64,000 bases of DNA. Origin: Leucoraja erinacea. Lineage: Eukaryota. Position 1 is the first letter of the stretch. Each line of letters opens with the position of its first letter. The position numbers were made by a program, and so were the translations under genes. The stretch spans positions 15,934,001 to 15,998,000 of the forward strand of contig NC_073391.1 in the NCBI RefSeq assembly GCF_028641065.1, read 5' to 3'. Shown here piece after piece: positions 39,369 through 51,576 of the stretch. A model generated the notes under the pieces. The model saw only the letters and a list, made by a program, of their open reading frames with translations. It made no database searches and was not told the DNA's origin.

Positions 39369-40013
39369 ATTTCATGACATTATTAATTGTATAGATTATT
39401 ATAATTCTGGAAACATGAAGCAGAACCACGTGGTTTGCAATAACATTATGCTGAAACAGTGAGGCAACATCCTACCTGGAACGAAACAAAGGTTGGCCGG
39501 ATCTGGATTGATTTTTCATATTTAATTTTGTGACTGGGGCCATGATTTGGTTGGTTTGGAAGTAGTTTGGAGGGGATTTACACTGTCAGGAGGTTGTACG
39601 GTTTGGGGAGCCCAGGTGGGAACCATGACTTGGAGCTTGGGGCAGCCCCTAAATAGTGGAATGAGTAGAAGTTTGTGTTAACAACCATTATTGCTGAAAT
39701 AAATACCTCATCCAACATCCACCAACAATTTGACAGAAAACCTGAAATGCACATTCCAGTGAAATTAACCTAACATTGTCTTAGATTTATTGAAAGGTGT
39801 AGTGATACCTATCAGAATATTTCTGTTCTGCCTTTTAATGGCATGCAGTAGTGTGCAACATTAGATGAGATCTGACATTGTAATTTGAAGAAGGCTGATT
39901 GTGGTGATATTATAGAACTGGCACCTATCACAAGTCTAGGAATAAATAACAATTTCAAGGTGAAGGCTTAGGTGAAAGTAATGTTTTAAACTAAACCAAA
40001 ATGGTAATAATAG

Positions 40014-40640
40014 TGCAGGAAGGAACTGCAGATGCTGGTTTACACCGGAGATAAACACAAAATGCTGGAGTAACTCAGCGGGTCAGGCAGCATCTCTGGA
40101 GAGAAGAAATGGCTGACGTCTTGGGTCGAGACCCTTCTTCAGACTGAGAGCCAGGGGAGAGGGAAACTGGAGATATGAAAAGGTAGAGAAAACAAATGAA
40201 TGAAAGGTATGCAAAAGGACAAATCAAAGCCAGCAATGATGATCAGGGAAGGTGGGGCCCACAATGGCCCATTGTTGGCTGTGGAGATAGTGATAACAAG
40301 CGAAACTAATGAGTGAAACAGTGAAACTAAGCAGAACGACAGTGAAACTAGGGTGGGGGAGGTATGAAGAGAGAGCAAATGAAGGGTTACTTGCAGTTAG
40401 AGAAACCAATATTCTGAAGAAGAGTCTTGACCCGAAATGTCACCCATTCCTTATGTCCAGAGATGCTGTCTGACACGCTGAGTTACTACAGCGTTTTGTG
40501 TCTATCTTCAATATTCATACTGCTAGGTAAGCTGCCCAAGCGAAATATGGGTGGTGTTCCTCCAAGTTGCATTTGGGCCCCCCTCTGAATGTGGAAGGTC
40601 AGTTTGGCAACCGGGAGATCGCAATAGGCCAAGGCGGACT
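40014..40640 (-). mobile_element. Penelope-like element 3' end with an internal inverted terminal repeat
   Basis: Terminal repeat at 40014-40150 and endonuclease C-terminal remnant (AAGCTGCCCAAGCGAAATATG...TTCCTCCAA, i.e. LEEH.IFRLGSL on minus). An opposite-orientation repeat lies at 40413-40510. Confidence 0.75.
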
Positions 40641-40751
40641 GAGTGTTAATAGTGTTCACTTGTCTTTTGGCAAAGCTGGCAGTTTACCACATGCTCTTTG
40701 TACTGTGAAGGAATATCTTTTCACCCGCTGTTCTCTAATTCCTCTTTCCAG

Positions 40752-41105
40752 AACCTCAGGAACTTTCACAGCCCCAACTCTGCGGGCAGCCCCGGCAATG
40801 ACAGCTGCCTGTGGGAGCCGAACGCAAGTAACGGAAAGACGTGGACACCTTGCCTTTACGACTCTTCCCCCCAGCCGGGCGCCACCCCCACCTGCAGTCC
40901 CGAACCACGGCAGCATGGCGACTTAGAGAAGCCCTCCACCAGCAACGGGGAAACCAGCAGCAAGGAAATGCAAGCGTTTGGAACTGGGAAGCAAAGCTGT
41001 GAGAGAGGCGAGAATGATAAAGACTCGTGGAGGAGTGGGGAGGTGGCACAGGATGTATTTCAGCTGGATGGTGAATTGGACATTGAGCAAATAGAAAACA
41101 ACTAG
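40752..41105 (+). CDS. Probable terminal coding exon of an unidentified host gene (117 aa, Ser/Pro/Gly-rich, acidic C-terminus)
   Basis: Branch-point-like CTAAT, pyrimidine tract and TTCCAG acceptor; phase-0 frame open to TAG at 41103-41105. GC and CpG content are higher than in the flanks and no repeat similarity is seen. Ends DVFQLDGELDIEQIENN. An alternative donor G|GTGAAT at 41071 is possible. Confidence 0.65.
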   Translation, partial: NLRNFHSPNSAGSPGNDSCLWEPNASNGKTWTPCLYDSSPQPGATPTCSPEPRQHGDLEKPSTSNGETSSKEMQAFGTGKQSCERGENDKDSWRSGEVAQDVFQLDGELDIEQIENN

Positions 41106-41414
41106 GCTATCAGGTTCTAGAGTGCTTGAGCAGGTCATCTATACAGTTTGGTGCATTTTTTTAAAATATTTTGAATGGTGCTCCAAAGCACTCTGTGAAA
41201 GGTTCATCCTTACCTAGACGTCCATACCTATGTGTTGAATGTGCCAGTGGAAAATCAGGCGGTCACGGTTTAATGGGGCAAACACAATGAGGATGGGAGG
41301 TGATAGCTAGTGAACAATGTACAAAAGTTAAAATTGCCCGTGTCCTGAAGGTTAAAGTTGTGCTTAAGAGGGTCACACTGTACATGTTTTTTAATACAAG
41401 CTTTATCATAGTTT

Positions 41415-41464
<50 letters not shown>
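41415..41464. repeat. (TA)n microsatellite
   Basis: About 50 bp of TA repeat with one interruption. Confidence 0.95.
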
Positions 41465-42067
41465 CAGCTGTTTCAATGCAGTGTGGATGACATTTATAAA
41501 TCCGAACTAGTAGGTGACACTTCCCCACCCACACCATACCAGCTCCAGTAAATGAGTGTCTAACAGAGATGCCAACTTGCCAACCACAAACTGCGATCTC
41601 AATGGATTCATGTCACAAGTGCAATCTGTCATCTGCTGCATACTTGCTTACTATTGTTTGATTTGTACTTTATTTTATCTATACCTATCGTTTTTTAAAA
41701 ACATTTTTTTAACCGTGTTTATTTTGCATATTTCCATTTTCCTCTCGCACACAAACTTTAGTTATCCTTACCTCTGCCACAGCACGTTGAAGCAAAGCTG
41801 CTCTGGTTGTGACTGCTGGCAAAACTCTGGCTTGTTTGTACTACTGATGCCTTCACTCCTTTGCTGCAGATTTTGTTTTCTCCCAGAATGGAGTAATGAG
41901 CAAAATGTAGGGCTCCTCGCATTATGATTGCATTTGGGATGCAGCGGCTAGCCTCGTTCAGGGAGTCAACTCAGGCACAATGCCGCCTTTTGTACTGACA
42001 GTTTCCATAGAGCCACTGGTATCTCTACTATCGATAGGCTCTCCGCCAAATGACTGATGTCTGAACT

Positions 42068-42350
42068 AGAAACATAGAAAATAGGTGCAGGAGGAGGCCA
42101 TTCGGCCCCTCGAGTCTGCACCGCCATTCATTGTGATCATGGTTGATCATCCACAATCAGTAATCCGTGCCAGCCTTCTCCCCATATCCCATGATTCCGC
42201 TAGTCCCTAGAGCTGTATCTAACTATCTTTTTAATTCATCCAGTGAATTGGCCTCCACTGCCTTCTGTGGCAGAGAATTCCACAAATTCCCAACTCTCTG
42301 GGTGAAAATTGTTTTCTCATCTCAGTTTTAAATGGCCTTTCCTTTATTCT
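42068..42350 (-). mobile_element. CR1 3' end
   Basis: AGAAACATAGAAAATAGGTGCAGGAGG...GAATTCCACAAATTC...CTCTGGGTGAAAA is the reverse of the 20519-21101 family. Confidence 0.85.
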
Positions 42351-44909
42351 GGGAGGTGGTGACAACTTATGACAATAAGGAGAGAGGAGAAGCAGAGTAT
42401 TAATTGAGTATTAATGCAATTAGTATGATTCAAAAATATCATATTGAGTTGGAGCTACAAATAAGAGTTCTCATATAAATGTACACGTTAAAAATGTACA
42501 ACTTATGGGAATTGCCCAGATATCCTGCCAAAATCAGGAAAGTTGGCATCACTGCATTTGGACATCCACATTTCTGGTTGTGTCTACTGTAGGCTCAGGG
42601 TGTCCATTATGGACTTGTATTATGAACATTTTTAAAAACCCACTCGCCATTGTTAATTTATATTAAAATAGTTCTACACAAGACCAACGTGTTTTTTACT
42701 GCAAGGATTATTTTCTATCACTGACATTTAACTTACTATCTCCAATCCCATCCTTTGTGATCATCTTAAATGGAAACTAGTTTTATTGAATATTAAAGAT
42801 AAAACCAGTGCTTTCGTTTTCAGATAAGGCTGAACACAATAAAAGTGGAAGGAATGAGGCAGGGTGTGGAGAGCTTGCACTTTTGTAAGTGTGACTTTCT
42901 TGAGGTATTGCGTTCCCTGGAATAACAGGAATTCCAGGAAAAGCAGCTTGTGGAAGTATTTTAAACCTTTATTTTAAATGTAGACCAAGCAATATTTACG
43001 CCTATACAGTACTACCTGCATGTGCTAAAGGAATCTGATGGGAGCACAAAGAAGTGTTTTACGTTAATACCTTGCAAATCATGAAATCCTTTCAAATACA
43101 TGATGACTCATTCCGCCACAAAATCCAGTGGCTGAATGCATTTTTCAGACCATTAGTAGCACAACAATAATGTAACACACAGCGTAACCTATTTGCCTTA
43201 CTTCTAAAGCTTACACAGTTAATGCCACAGTTATATGTGGCAAGTCTGGGCATTTTAAACAATGAAATGTATGCTAGCAAATCTGGGTGCATATTCTGTA
43301 TAAAAGACTGCTTACATACAGCGAAAACATGGGCTACAGTTGCTGAAATGAATTGGAGAACACTACTGCATTTCAGAATGTTTGTAACGGTTTTTAACTT
43401 GAAGCAAGACATTTTTGAAGTCTGAAGACGTGTTCTTAATCGGTAATCAGTAAACCTGATTGTTATAAAGTGTGTCTTCAGCAAAACTGTATCACTTCCT
43501 GCTGTTTTACATAGGCTGTTCTCAACTTCCAATAAAAAAAACCTGAAGTACAAACTATTTTCCCTTATTATTTAACCACTGTTGTAGACTGATCACATCT
43601 CTAAAATTGGGAGAAAAATGATACGATCCAGGCCTCTGTTTTGCTATTCTTAGGATCATAATTATTTACCAACCTTTTTGAGTTTACCAGTGTAAGGCTG
43701 GCTATATCAGATCTTTATTTCTCAATTCTCATGGGCTATTATTTGCTGTTACTACTCACCCATTCACTGAGACTACTGATGGTATCCAGCTAAGTGAGCT
43801 AGCCTAATCTGGCCAAACGAAAAACGTTTAAGACTGAGATAAATATCTTTTGATTGTTTTTCAGGAAGTTGAATTCCCTCTGGGGGTTTTATTTGGTTTT
43901 CAGAGCAAGGAATCAAATAATGCCTTTGTAACAGCAATCAGGATTTTGCGGCCTTTAAATTACGCCAAGAAGCGTAATCAAATGGTATAAATACAGAAAA
44001 TGTTGGGAACACTTAGCAGGCGAAGCAGCATCTATGGAAAGAGAAATAGAGTTCGCATCTGTTCAAAGATCATAAGGTAAAAAATAATAGGAGCAGAATT
44101 AGGCCATTCGGCCCATCAAGTCTACTCCGCCATTCAATCATGGCTGATCCCCTAACCCCATTCTTCTGCCATCTCCTCTTAACCTCATAAAGGTATTTTG
44201 TTAGAGCTTGGACAAGGACAACAAATTAGTGCAGAAAAAGTTGGGGAAGCGGGTTGGAGAGGGACGAGGAATTTTGCTGATAGAGTAAGTCAGGGTTGGA
44301 GTAACATCGGGCAACCAGAAATGAAATGGAAGCACTGCCCAACCACCTTAATTTTGTAGCTCTTGTTCATTTTCTGGCTCTCTAACTACTTCCATTAACT
44401 CCTGAACTGTATGAGGGCCACAACCTTCCCGTGCCAGAGATCCAGGCTCACTCCTGACTTTAAGTGCTTTCTGCGTGCAGTTTGCCCATTAGAGTAAATA
44501 CAGTGTGGAAACAGGCCCTTTGACCCAACGTGCCCACATGGGCCAACAATGTCCCAGCTACCCTAGTCCCACTTGCCTGCGCTTGTTCTATAACCCGCAA
44601 ACCTGTCCTATCCATGTACCTGTCTAACTGTTTCTTAAACGATTCTCCCAGCAAATGCGTGAATTTTATCCAGATAGTCCTTTTTCCTCCCACATCCCAC
44701 GTGGGTTGGTCGGATGAATTGGCCACTAAATTATCCGTATTGTGTGGAATTCTGAGGGTGATGGTGGAAATGCCAGGAGAATAAAACAGTTGGGATTAAT
44801 GTAAGTGGGTGGACAATGGCGTGCATGGACTGGTACGCCAAAGGTTGTTTACATGCTGTATCTTCCTATAGCTCAGTGAACTGTGCAACTCATTCCCACA
44901 GCAACTGCT

Positions 44910-45380
44910 GTCTCACCAGGTTAATTCCCGGGATGGTGGGACTGACATGATGAAAGAATGGATCGACTATATTCACTGGAATTTAGAAAGATGAGAGGGT
45001 GGATCTTATAGAAACATATGAAATTCTTAAGGGATTGGACAGCTAGATGCAGGAAAAATGTTCCTGATGTTGGGGGAGTTCAGAACCAGGGTAAGAATAA
45101 AGGAGTAGGCCATTTTGGACTGAGATGAGGAAACACCTTTTCACCCAGAGAGTTGTGAATCTGTGGAATTCTCGGCCACAGAAGGCAGTGGAGGCCAATT
45201 CACTGGATGTTTTCATGAGAGAGTTAGATATAGCTCTTTGGGCTAACGGAATCATGGGATATGGGGAGAAAGCAGGAATGGGGGACTAATTTTGGATGAT
45301 CAGCCTTGATCATGTTGAATGGTAATGCTGGCTCGAAGGGCCGAATGGCCAACTCTGTTTCTATGTTTCTATGTCTATGT
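44910..45380 (+). mobile_element. CR1 3' end
   Basis: Collinear with 20630-21101 (TATTCACTGGAATTTAGAA, CACCCAGAGAGTTGTGAAT); (TATGTTTC)n tail. Confidence 0.88.
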
Positions 45381-45767
45381 TTCACCCTATCACAGATATT
45401 CACTTTGCCTCATCCAACCTCCCCCCACCCCATTAACCTTCTCCATAATTTTAACTTGTTTTCTCTCTTTTCCAAAGATAGACACAAAGTGCTAGAGTAA
45501 CTCAGCAAGTCAGGCAACATCTCTGGAGAAAAAGGATGGGTGACGTTTCGGGTTGGACCCCTTCTTCAAACTAGGCTATTCTCTCTTTTCCAACTGCGAT
45601 GAAAGATCTTTGACCTGAAATATGAACCATGTTTCTCATTCTGCAGATGTGGCCAAATTTCCAACAATGTCTATTTATATTTTAGATGACCAGTATCTGC
45701 AGTAATTTGATTTTTTTTTTGCAATCTGGTAGTCTGTTCACATATGCCTTTGCCCCATTTCAGACCA

Positions 45768-46775
45768 ATCCTTATAACTATAAACTCTGATCTTGGATGT
45801 TTGTGTGTGTGTGTTTATTTGTTTGTGTGTTTTCACATCTTCTCGAATGGGATTTGTTTTTACATATTCTGGTAGAGATTTACCCCCTGGAGTCCAAAAT
45901 CTGCGTACCTGAAAAAATTGTGCTTTATTTCTTGACATTAATAAAAATGTTCACAAATCCGATCAAACTTTGACTTCAAAACGCCTGTTTTTTGACGTGA
46001 CAATGGATCTGCCTGCCGTCTGCTCGCGCTGCGACTGACATCACCTCCCACCCCTCCCTCCTCCCCCCGTTGTTCAAAAGTCGCTCTTTGGTCGACACTT
46101 GCTCGTTCCTCGGCCCGCGCTTACTGCCTCCCTCGAGTCCACATCCGCCCACATCCCTCTCCCTATCTCTGCCCTCTCCCTGTCCCTGGAGCCTGCAGCC
46201 TGGAGCAACGGAGTATTGAGTTCGGGAACCAGCCCTCCACTGTAATGACCCCTCCCCACCCCGGGCTCTGGATTGAAGCTGCTGAACACGCAGTCCTTTG
46301 GTTGACGCCCTGCCCAGCTGCCCGCTCCCCCCTCCTCCCTCTCTCTCTCCCCCTCCTCCTCTCTCCCCCCTCCTCCTCTCTCCTTCCTCCTCCTCCTCTC
46401 CCCCCTCCTCCTCCTGCCCCCCCCCTCCTCCTCTCCCCCCTCCTCCTCCTCTCCCCCCCCTGGCCTCTCTCTCCCCTCTCTCGCCCCCCTCCTCTTGCCC
46501 CCCATCTCTCTCCCTCCCCTGGCCTCTCTCCTCCCCCCCCTCTCCCTCCCTAACCCCCTGTCCCCTCCCTTCCCCCCTCTCTCCCCCCCTCTCCTCCTCC
46601 CCCCCCTTTTCTCCAATATTAAGGGGGTGGTTGTTGTGTGCGTGTGGGGGGTGGTTAGTGTGTATGTGGGGGTGGCTGGTGGTTAGTGTGTGTGTGACGC
46701 TGCAGGTCACCCCCCCCCCCCCACCGCAACCGCGCGTTGAGGGGATGGGACCCAACGGGTCCCCCTTGGTCTAGT
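45768..46775 (-). mobile_element. Helentron/DINE-1-like non-autonomous rolling-circle element
   Basis: The minus strand starts ACTAGACCAAG with the subterminal hairpin GGGACCC-GTT-GGGTCCC, has a CA/CAAA microsatellite near its 3' end, and ends TTATAAGGAT. It is inserted between T and T with no TSD. Confidence 0.65.
46318..46615. repeat. Polypyrimidine/polypurine low-complexity tract
   Basis: About 300 bp almost entirely C/T on the plus strand. Confidence 0.9.
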
Positions 46776-47639
46776 AAGACTTAATTTTATTATATCCAAC
46801 TATATCAATAAAACTTTGGTTAACAGATGCAAATTTCTACAGCCTTGAGACGTTTTGTTGTTTTCCAGGTGAAATAATTGATGAAGATACTGTATATATT
46901 CCTAAATTGCAATTAGGAAATCTGGCAGATAATGGCAAAGGATGGTAGAAGGATAGAACCACGTAGCTGAAGATAAATTGTATAAATGCATCTATGAATT
47001 AAATGCAATGCCAACATGAAAATTATCAGTTTTCTATGTACCAATTTTAATGCACGTTTTTCAATATTTTCAGATGAGGTTCACCACTGACTGATTAGAA
47101 ACCAGTGATTAAATAAAGGGGAGCTGCACATAGGTTGAATTTCCGGTGGTATCGAACTTATTCATGCATGGTACCCAACACTAGCATAAACAGAGTGCAG
47201 CAAGCTAGAAATCCAGTGCTCGCCCATTTTCATGGTGAAAATCATAGCCCTCCTTAAAAATATACATTTCCTTTCTTGTATTTGTTCTTCATTTGCAGCT
47301 CGTTTAGTGACACACCCAGTTGGGAGATGACATGTTTATTTCCTGCTCTCGGATGGGAACTGAAATGTGAGGAACTGTCACAGAAAATGCTCCATTACTG
47401 TAGCTGTTACATACTTTTCTTTGATATTCTGACTGGAGTTTCATGTTTCTGTCTTGAGCAAAGTAGATAACTGCAACATTTTATTTGAGGCCACAAGTAC
47501 TTAAAGCTGGACTGGAACACAAGGCGATCGGGTGGTGAAAATCAGTTTAAATAAGATGCAAACGATTTAATTCTGAATTTAAGGTTTAGTGAGCGTTCCT
47601 GATCTTACCCTGTTGCATTTGTATGACTTTCATCGGTTC

Positions 47640-47895
47640 TGGACACAAAGGAAAAACAACTTTTTCAAACAAAGGGTGGTGGGTGTATGGAACGTGCTGC
47701 CAGGGGAGGTAGTTGAGGCAGGTACTATTGCAACGTTTAAGAGACATTTGGACAGGGACATATATAGGACAAGTTTGGAGGGATATGGATCAAACGCAGG
47801 CAGGTGGGGCTCATGTAGCTGTGACATGTTGGCTGGTGTGGGCAAGTTGGGTCGAAGGGCCTATTTCTGCACTGTATCACTCGATGACTCGAGAA
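47640..47895 (+). mobile_element. CR1 3' end (second subfamily)
   Basis: Encodes FFKQRVVGVWNVLPGEVVEAGTIATFKRHLD, followed by 3' UTR TGGGTCGAAGGGCCT. Confidence 0.85.
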
Positions 47896-49239
47896 ACTTA
47901 TAAAGCAGCAAAATGAGCAGTGTGTTTAAAATCAGTAACTAAACTCACCAAGTCCCTTTGCCTCTTGATGGGCAGTGTTTTTTTTTTTTCATTTTTAGGA
48001 AGCATAAAAGGATAAGTGATACCAATTATTTTTGGAAAGTTGTGGTTTGGTTATAAAAAGCTGCTAATCAGAAAAGAAAACAGAAAAATGATTCAGAGAA
48101 GAGTGAAAGGAACAGACATCGCTGGGATTTTCTGGACAAAGTCTGGGATTTTATAACAAACGAGAGTGTCTCTGTTTTCGCAAATAGATTTGTGTAAAGG
48201 GTTCCCACAATATTATTTATTAGTGTATTCAAGCAAAGGAAATCTGATAGCAAAATGTCCCAATATATTTGGTTAAACGTTTTTTTCCCCTGTGTGGAAA
48301 TTGTCCAACCCACCCTCCCATCAGCCACAGCCAAGCACAAGGATGATGTCAATCTCGGTTAGAAAGTAGGCAGGAGCTATCTGCTCCCAGTTTGTGGGAC
48401 TGTGATAACACCTGAAGCGATCACTGGGAGGAATATTATTGTGTCAATAGTTTCTTCACACTTTAACACCAATGTAGGTACGTCTCAGTTTGGTTGAAAT
48501 TGTACCATACGCGAGTACAACCACATGTAGTGCAAAAGGAGAAGAGTGCAGAATATGATGTAAAAGCTACAGAGAATGTGCAGAGAGAAAGTAATTGCAA
48601 GGGCTACAATGCATGATGGATTCAGTCGGTGTGGAATTGTGTGGAAACTTTCTCTCTGTCGTTCTGTGGAACAGCACAGCACATAAAGGCACTGCCCTTC
48701 CAGACTGTCAACAAACCTTGATCTGCCATTTTTGCCAAGTGTTGAGATTTAACCAAATATAACAGAAAAAAATGACAATAATATTAATTCCTAATCATCA
48801 TTCATCAAAAAAACCTGCCATTACATACGCTCTGCAACAGTTAGTTTACTTCTGTAATAAAGGTCATCTGCTTTCCTTTTTAAATTAGTGAAAAGTAGGA
48901 TTAAAATCATATTCAAATCGTGTGGCTTTTGATGCAAATAGATTTTCATTGAATTGCATTCAAGGATACGGCTCTATAATGTCAGCTGTTTGGCAGCTGG
49001 TCTAGGTGTGTCCATGACAACTCTGCCTCTCTGGGCTGAGAAAGCTCTGGGCAGAGTGGAGTGGAAATATTTGTTTCACACTGTCAGCTGTAGCATTGGT
49101 CCTGGTCAATCCATCACGGAGTTTGTGTGCGAGTTTTTAAATTACAGAACTAAAACTCAGATACCAAATCAGCTACATGTATCCAAAATGACACCAAGAC
49201 CAACAGATAAAAATGGAACCAAGGGATTATAATGTGAAT

Positions 49240-49719
49240 AAAGAACATACAAATTAGATGTGGGACATTCAACTCCTCAAGTGTGCTTGGCTGTTTCATA
49301 GCTGATATTGTAAACACAGATCGACACTAAAAGCTGGAGTAACTCAGCAGGTCAGACGGTATCTCTGGAGAAAAGGAAAATAACTAATTTATTCCCTTTC
49401 TCCAGAGATGCTGTCCGACCCGCAGAGTTACTCCAGCTTTTAGTGTCTATCATTGGTTTAAACCAGTTCCTTCTTACACACTCATTGTAACCACAAATCC
49501 ATATTCCTGTCTATCCACCATAATCTTTCATCCCCCTGCTATCAGGTATTCATTTACCTCTATTTTTATAATATCCAAAGGCTCGGGATCTACTGCCCAA
49601 AGAAGAAGAACATTCCAAACACTCACAATCATCTGAGAGATAAACAAACTTGTGGTCCGTCATGTCGCAGACGGGTGGCTCTTTATTTTTAAGCCGTCCT
49701 ATATTTTCCCACAAGAAGA
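49240..49719 (-). mobile_element. Old CR1 3' end (continues after about 52580), containing a Penelope fold-back at 49319-49480
   Basis: AAGAACATAC...TTCCAAACACTCACAA...CCCACAAGA. CR1-like sequence resumes at CCATTCCAGGTATTAG...CATCCTTTCTTAAATAA (52610-52680). Confidence 0.6.
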
Positions 49720-50387
49720 TGATGAAGCCGAGTTTTAGTTAAAAATATAAGAAGATATTAAATTGGTTTCTGGGCTAGCTTACAGCTTATATTTAGTGTC
49801 AAATTAGGCTTGCCTTAGGTTGTGGGTGTGTGTGAGATAACATTGTCTCCCAAGTGAAGGAGCTAGAGAGATATCTTTGAAAGTAAGATGCCATAAACCA
49901 AATGACCAATGTTTATGGGGGAGGAGGCAATAAAGGAAGAGAGAAATAGACAGTCACATCTTTGTAAACAAATGACCTATGTTTATGAGGGACCAAATGA
50001 CAGAGGAAGCAGCGAAAAGAGCTAGGGTGGTCTATTTGGAGATAAGGCAAATGGCCAATGTTTTTAGTATATCTTGTACCATGTAAAAAAAAGGTTTGAT
50101 GTGATGCATTCTGTGGAAACCTTTTCCAGTACCTCTGACCATGACTAATGTCTGTGGAATGTGATAAGGGGACAAAAAAACCCTATTTAAGGCAATGTAA
50201 TTCTGTTGTTAAGGGAAGGTGGCTGAGGACAGTCAAGTGTCTGTGTTGGTCACTTGACTGGAGTTCTCCCTCCCTTCCATCGGCCGATGTTAAGTAAAGT
50301 TTTGAACTGGTCTACCAAACAGTTTGTGTGGTGTCTGTTTATTAAGAAGCGAACCTGGTTTAGTAGTTAAGATAAGTAGCTTTTTCA
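49720..50387 (+). mobile_element. Endogenous retrovirus 5' LTR (668 bp)
   Basis: TG...CA termini (TGATGAAG and CTTTTTCA), three CAAATG(A/G)CC(A/T)ATGTTT U3 repeats (about 49899, 49969, 50048), TATTTAA at 50184 and AGTAAA at 50293. Immediately followed by a PBS. Confidence 0.8.
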
Positions 50388-50388
50388 T

Positions 50389-50405
50389 TGGCGTAGTTAT
50401 GCAGG
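50389..50405 (+). promoter_or_regulatory. Primer-binding site, tRNA-Ser-like
   Basis: TGGCGTAGTTATGCAGG versus the complement of the tRNA-Ser 3' end, TGGCGTAGTCGGCAGG; one base separates it from the LTR CA. Confidence 0.7.
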
Positions 50406-51281
50406 CCTCGCTGGGACCACATCAACGGCTGACTGTGCAAGAGGTTGCGGAGGTTGCCGGGATTGGAAGGGAGATAACTGAGCTCTATCGGCCCCCTTGT
50501 AAGACCGACTCCCTAGAAACTCCCGGGAACGTCTGTGATCCTTCATCAGAGGTTGAATTGGTTCCCTGCCGAGGTTCTTAGAAACAGACAAAGGTAAGAC
50601 CAGTTGGGCTTTATATGGGTTTTTTTTTAAAGAAGGGATTGTGTATGTATTTTTAAGACGGAATTGTGTATGTATTTTTAAGATGGAATTGTGTATATTT
50701 TTAAGAAGGACTTGAGCGGTTTCTCTTTCTCTTTTTCTCTCTCTGTCTATCTCTCTTTGTTTTCTCTTTTTCTCTCTCTACTAAGGGCTCATCGGCCTCG
50801 TTGAGACATCCGTGATTTGTCGGGTTGAGATACGGGGGTTGAGGTGTGCGTCTGGCTTATTGAGACATCCGAAGCGTTGTCGGATTGAGAAATAAGTGGC
50901 GTTGTATATTAAAGAATTAAGAAGTCTGCTAGGTTGAGAAACGGGGGTCCCGGTTCGCGGGTCTGCTTCGTTGAGACACCTGGGGCTTATTTTAAGAGTT
51001 AAGACGTCTGCCAGGTTGAGAAACGGGGGTCTTGGTTAGCAAGTCGGCTTCGTTGAGACACTTGGGTCGTATATTAAAGAGTTAAAAAAAGTCAGCCAAA
51101 TTGAGAAACTGGGGTCTCGGGTAGCGAGTCGGCCTGGTTGATATATTTGGAACTATTCGGAATTAAAAAGTCAGCCAAATTGAGAAACTGGGGTCTCATT
51201 TAGTGGGTCGGCCTGGTTGATATATTTGGAACGATTCGGAATTAAGAAGTATTTTTTCTCTCTCTTTCTTTCTATCTATCT
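50406..51281 (+). other. Retroviral leader with major splice donor and tandem repeats
   Basis: Donor AAG|GTAAGA at 50594, three GGA(A)TTGTGTAT repeats at 50636-50705, recurring TTGAGAAAC/TTGAGACA units, and an approximately 80-bp duplication at 51086-51245. Confidence 0.65.
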
Positions 51282-51576
51282 ATGGGGAATGCTCTGGATA
51301 CCGGTCCAATATATGTGTTATTTGAATCCTAAGTATAATAAGAAATTTAGAATGTTAAGTTACAAGTTGACCAAACGGTTAGGGGATGATGCCTGGCCAG
51401 TAGGGGGCACATGGAATGTTGAGACAATTAAATAAGCAGAGGTGTTGATATGGGAAAGGAAGACAGGAAAGAAATGGAAGAAAGGAATTAAAACATGGAA
51501 ATCAGGAACAGAGGAGAAGCATGAGGAGAGTAGAGTTCGAAGTTGGATGGATACTGCATGTAAGAAGGGGATAGAG
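51282..51576 (+). pseudogene. gag: Retroviral gag matrix remnant
   Basis: ATGGGGAAT gives MGNALD (myristoylation-type Gly2). After a frameshift it reads ...AWPVGGTWNVETIK*AEVLIWER..., matching the WPxxGT(F/W)N matrix motif of gamma/epsilon-like retroviruses. Confidence 0.75.

Noticed and set aside
43092-43553. 153-aa minus-strand ORF in AT-rich unique DNA
   Set aside because: Non-ATG start, random-like composition, and no motifs or clear splice sites; a homology search would be needed to revive it.
45976-46774. Long Gly/Glu/Arg- or Pro/Ser-rich ORFs up to 259 aa
   Set aside because: Products of the polypurine/polypyrimidine tract within a transposon.
50790-51245. CRISPR-like spaced repeats
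   Set aside because: Eukaryotic context; the units are degenerate tandem duplications in a retroviral leader with non-unique spacers.
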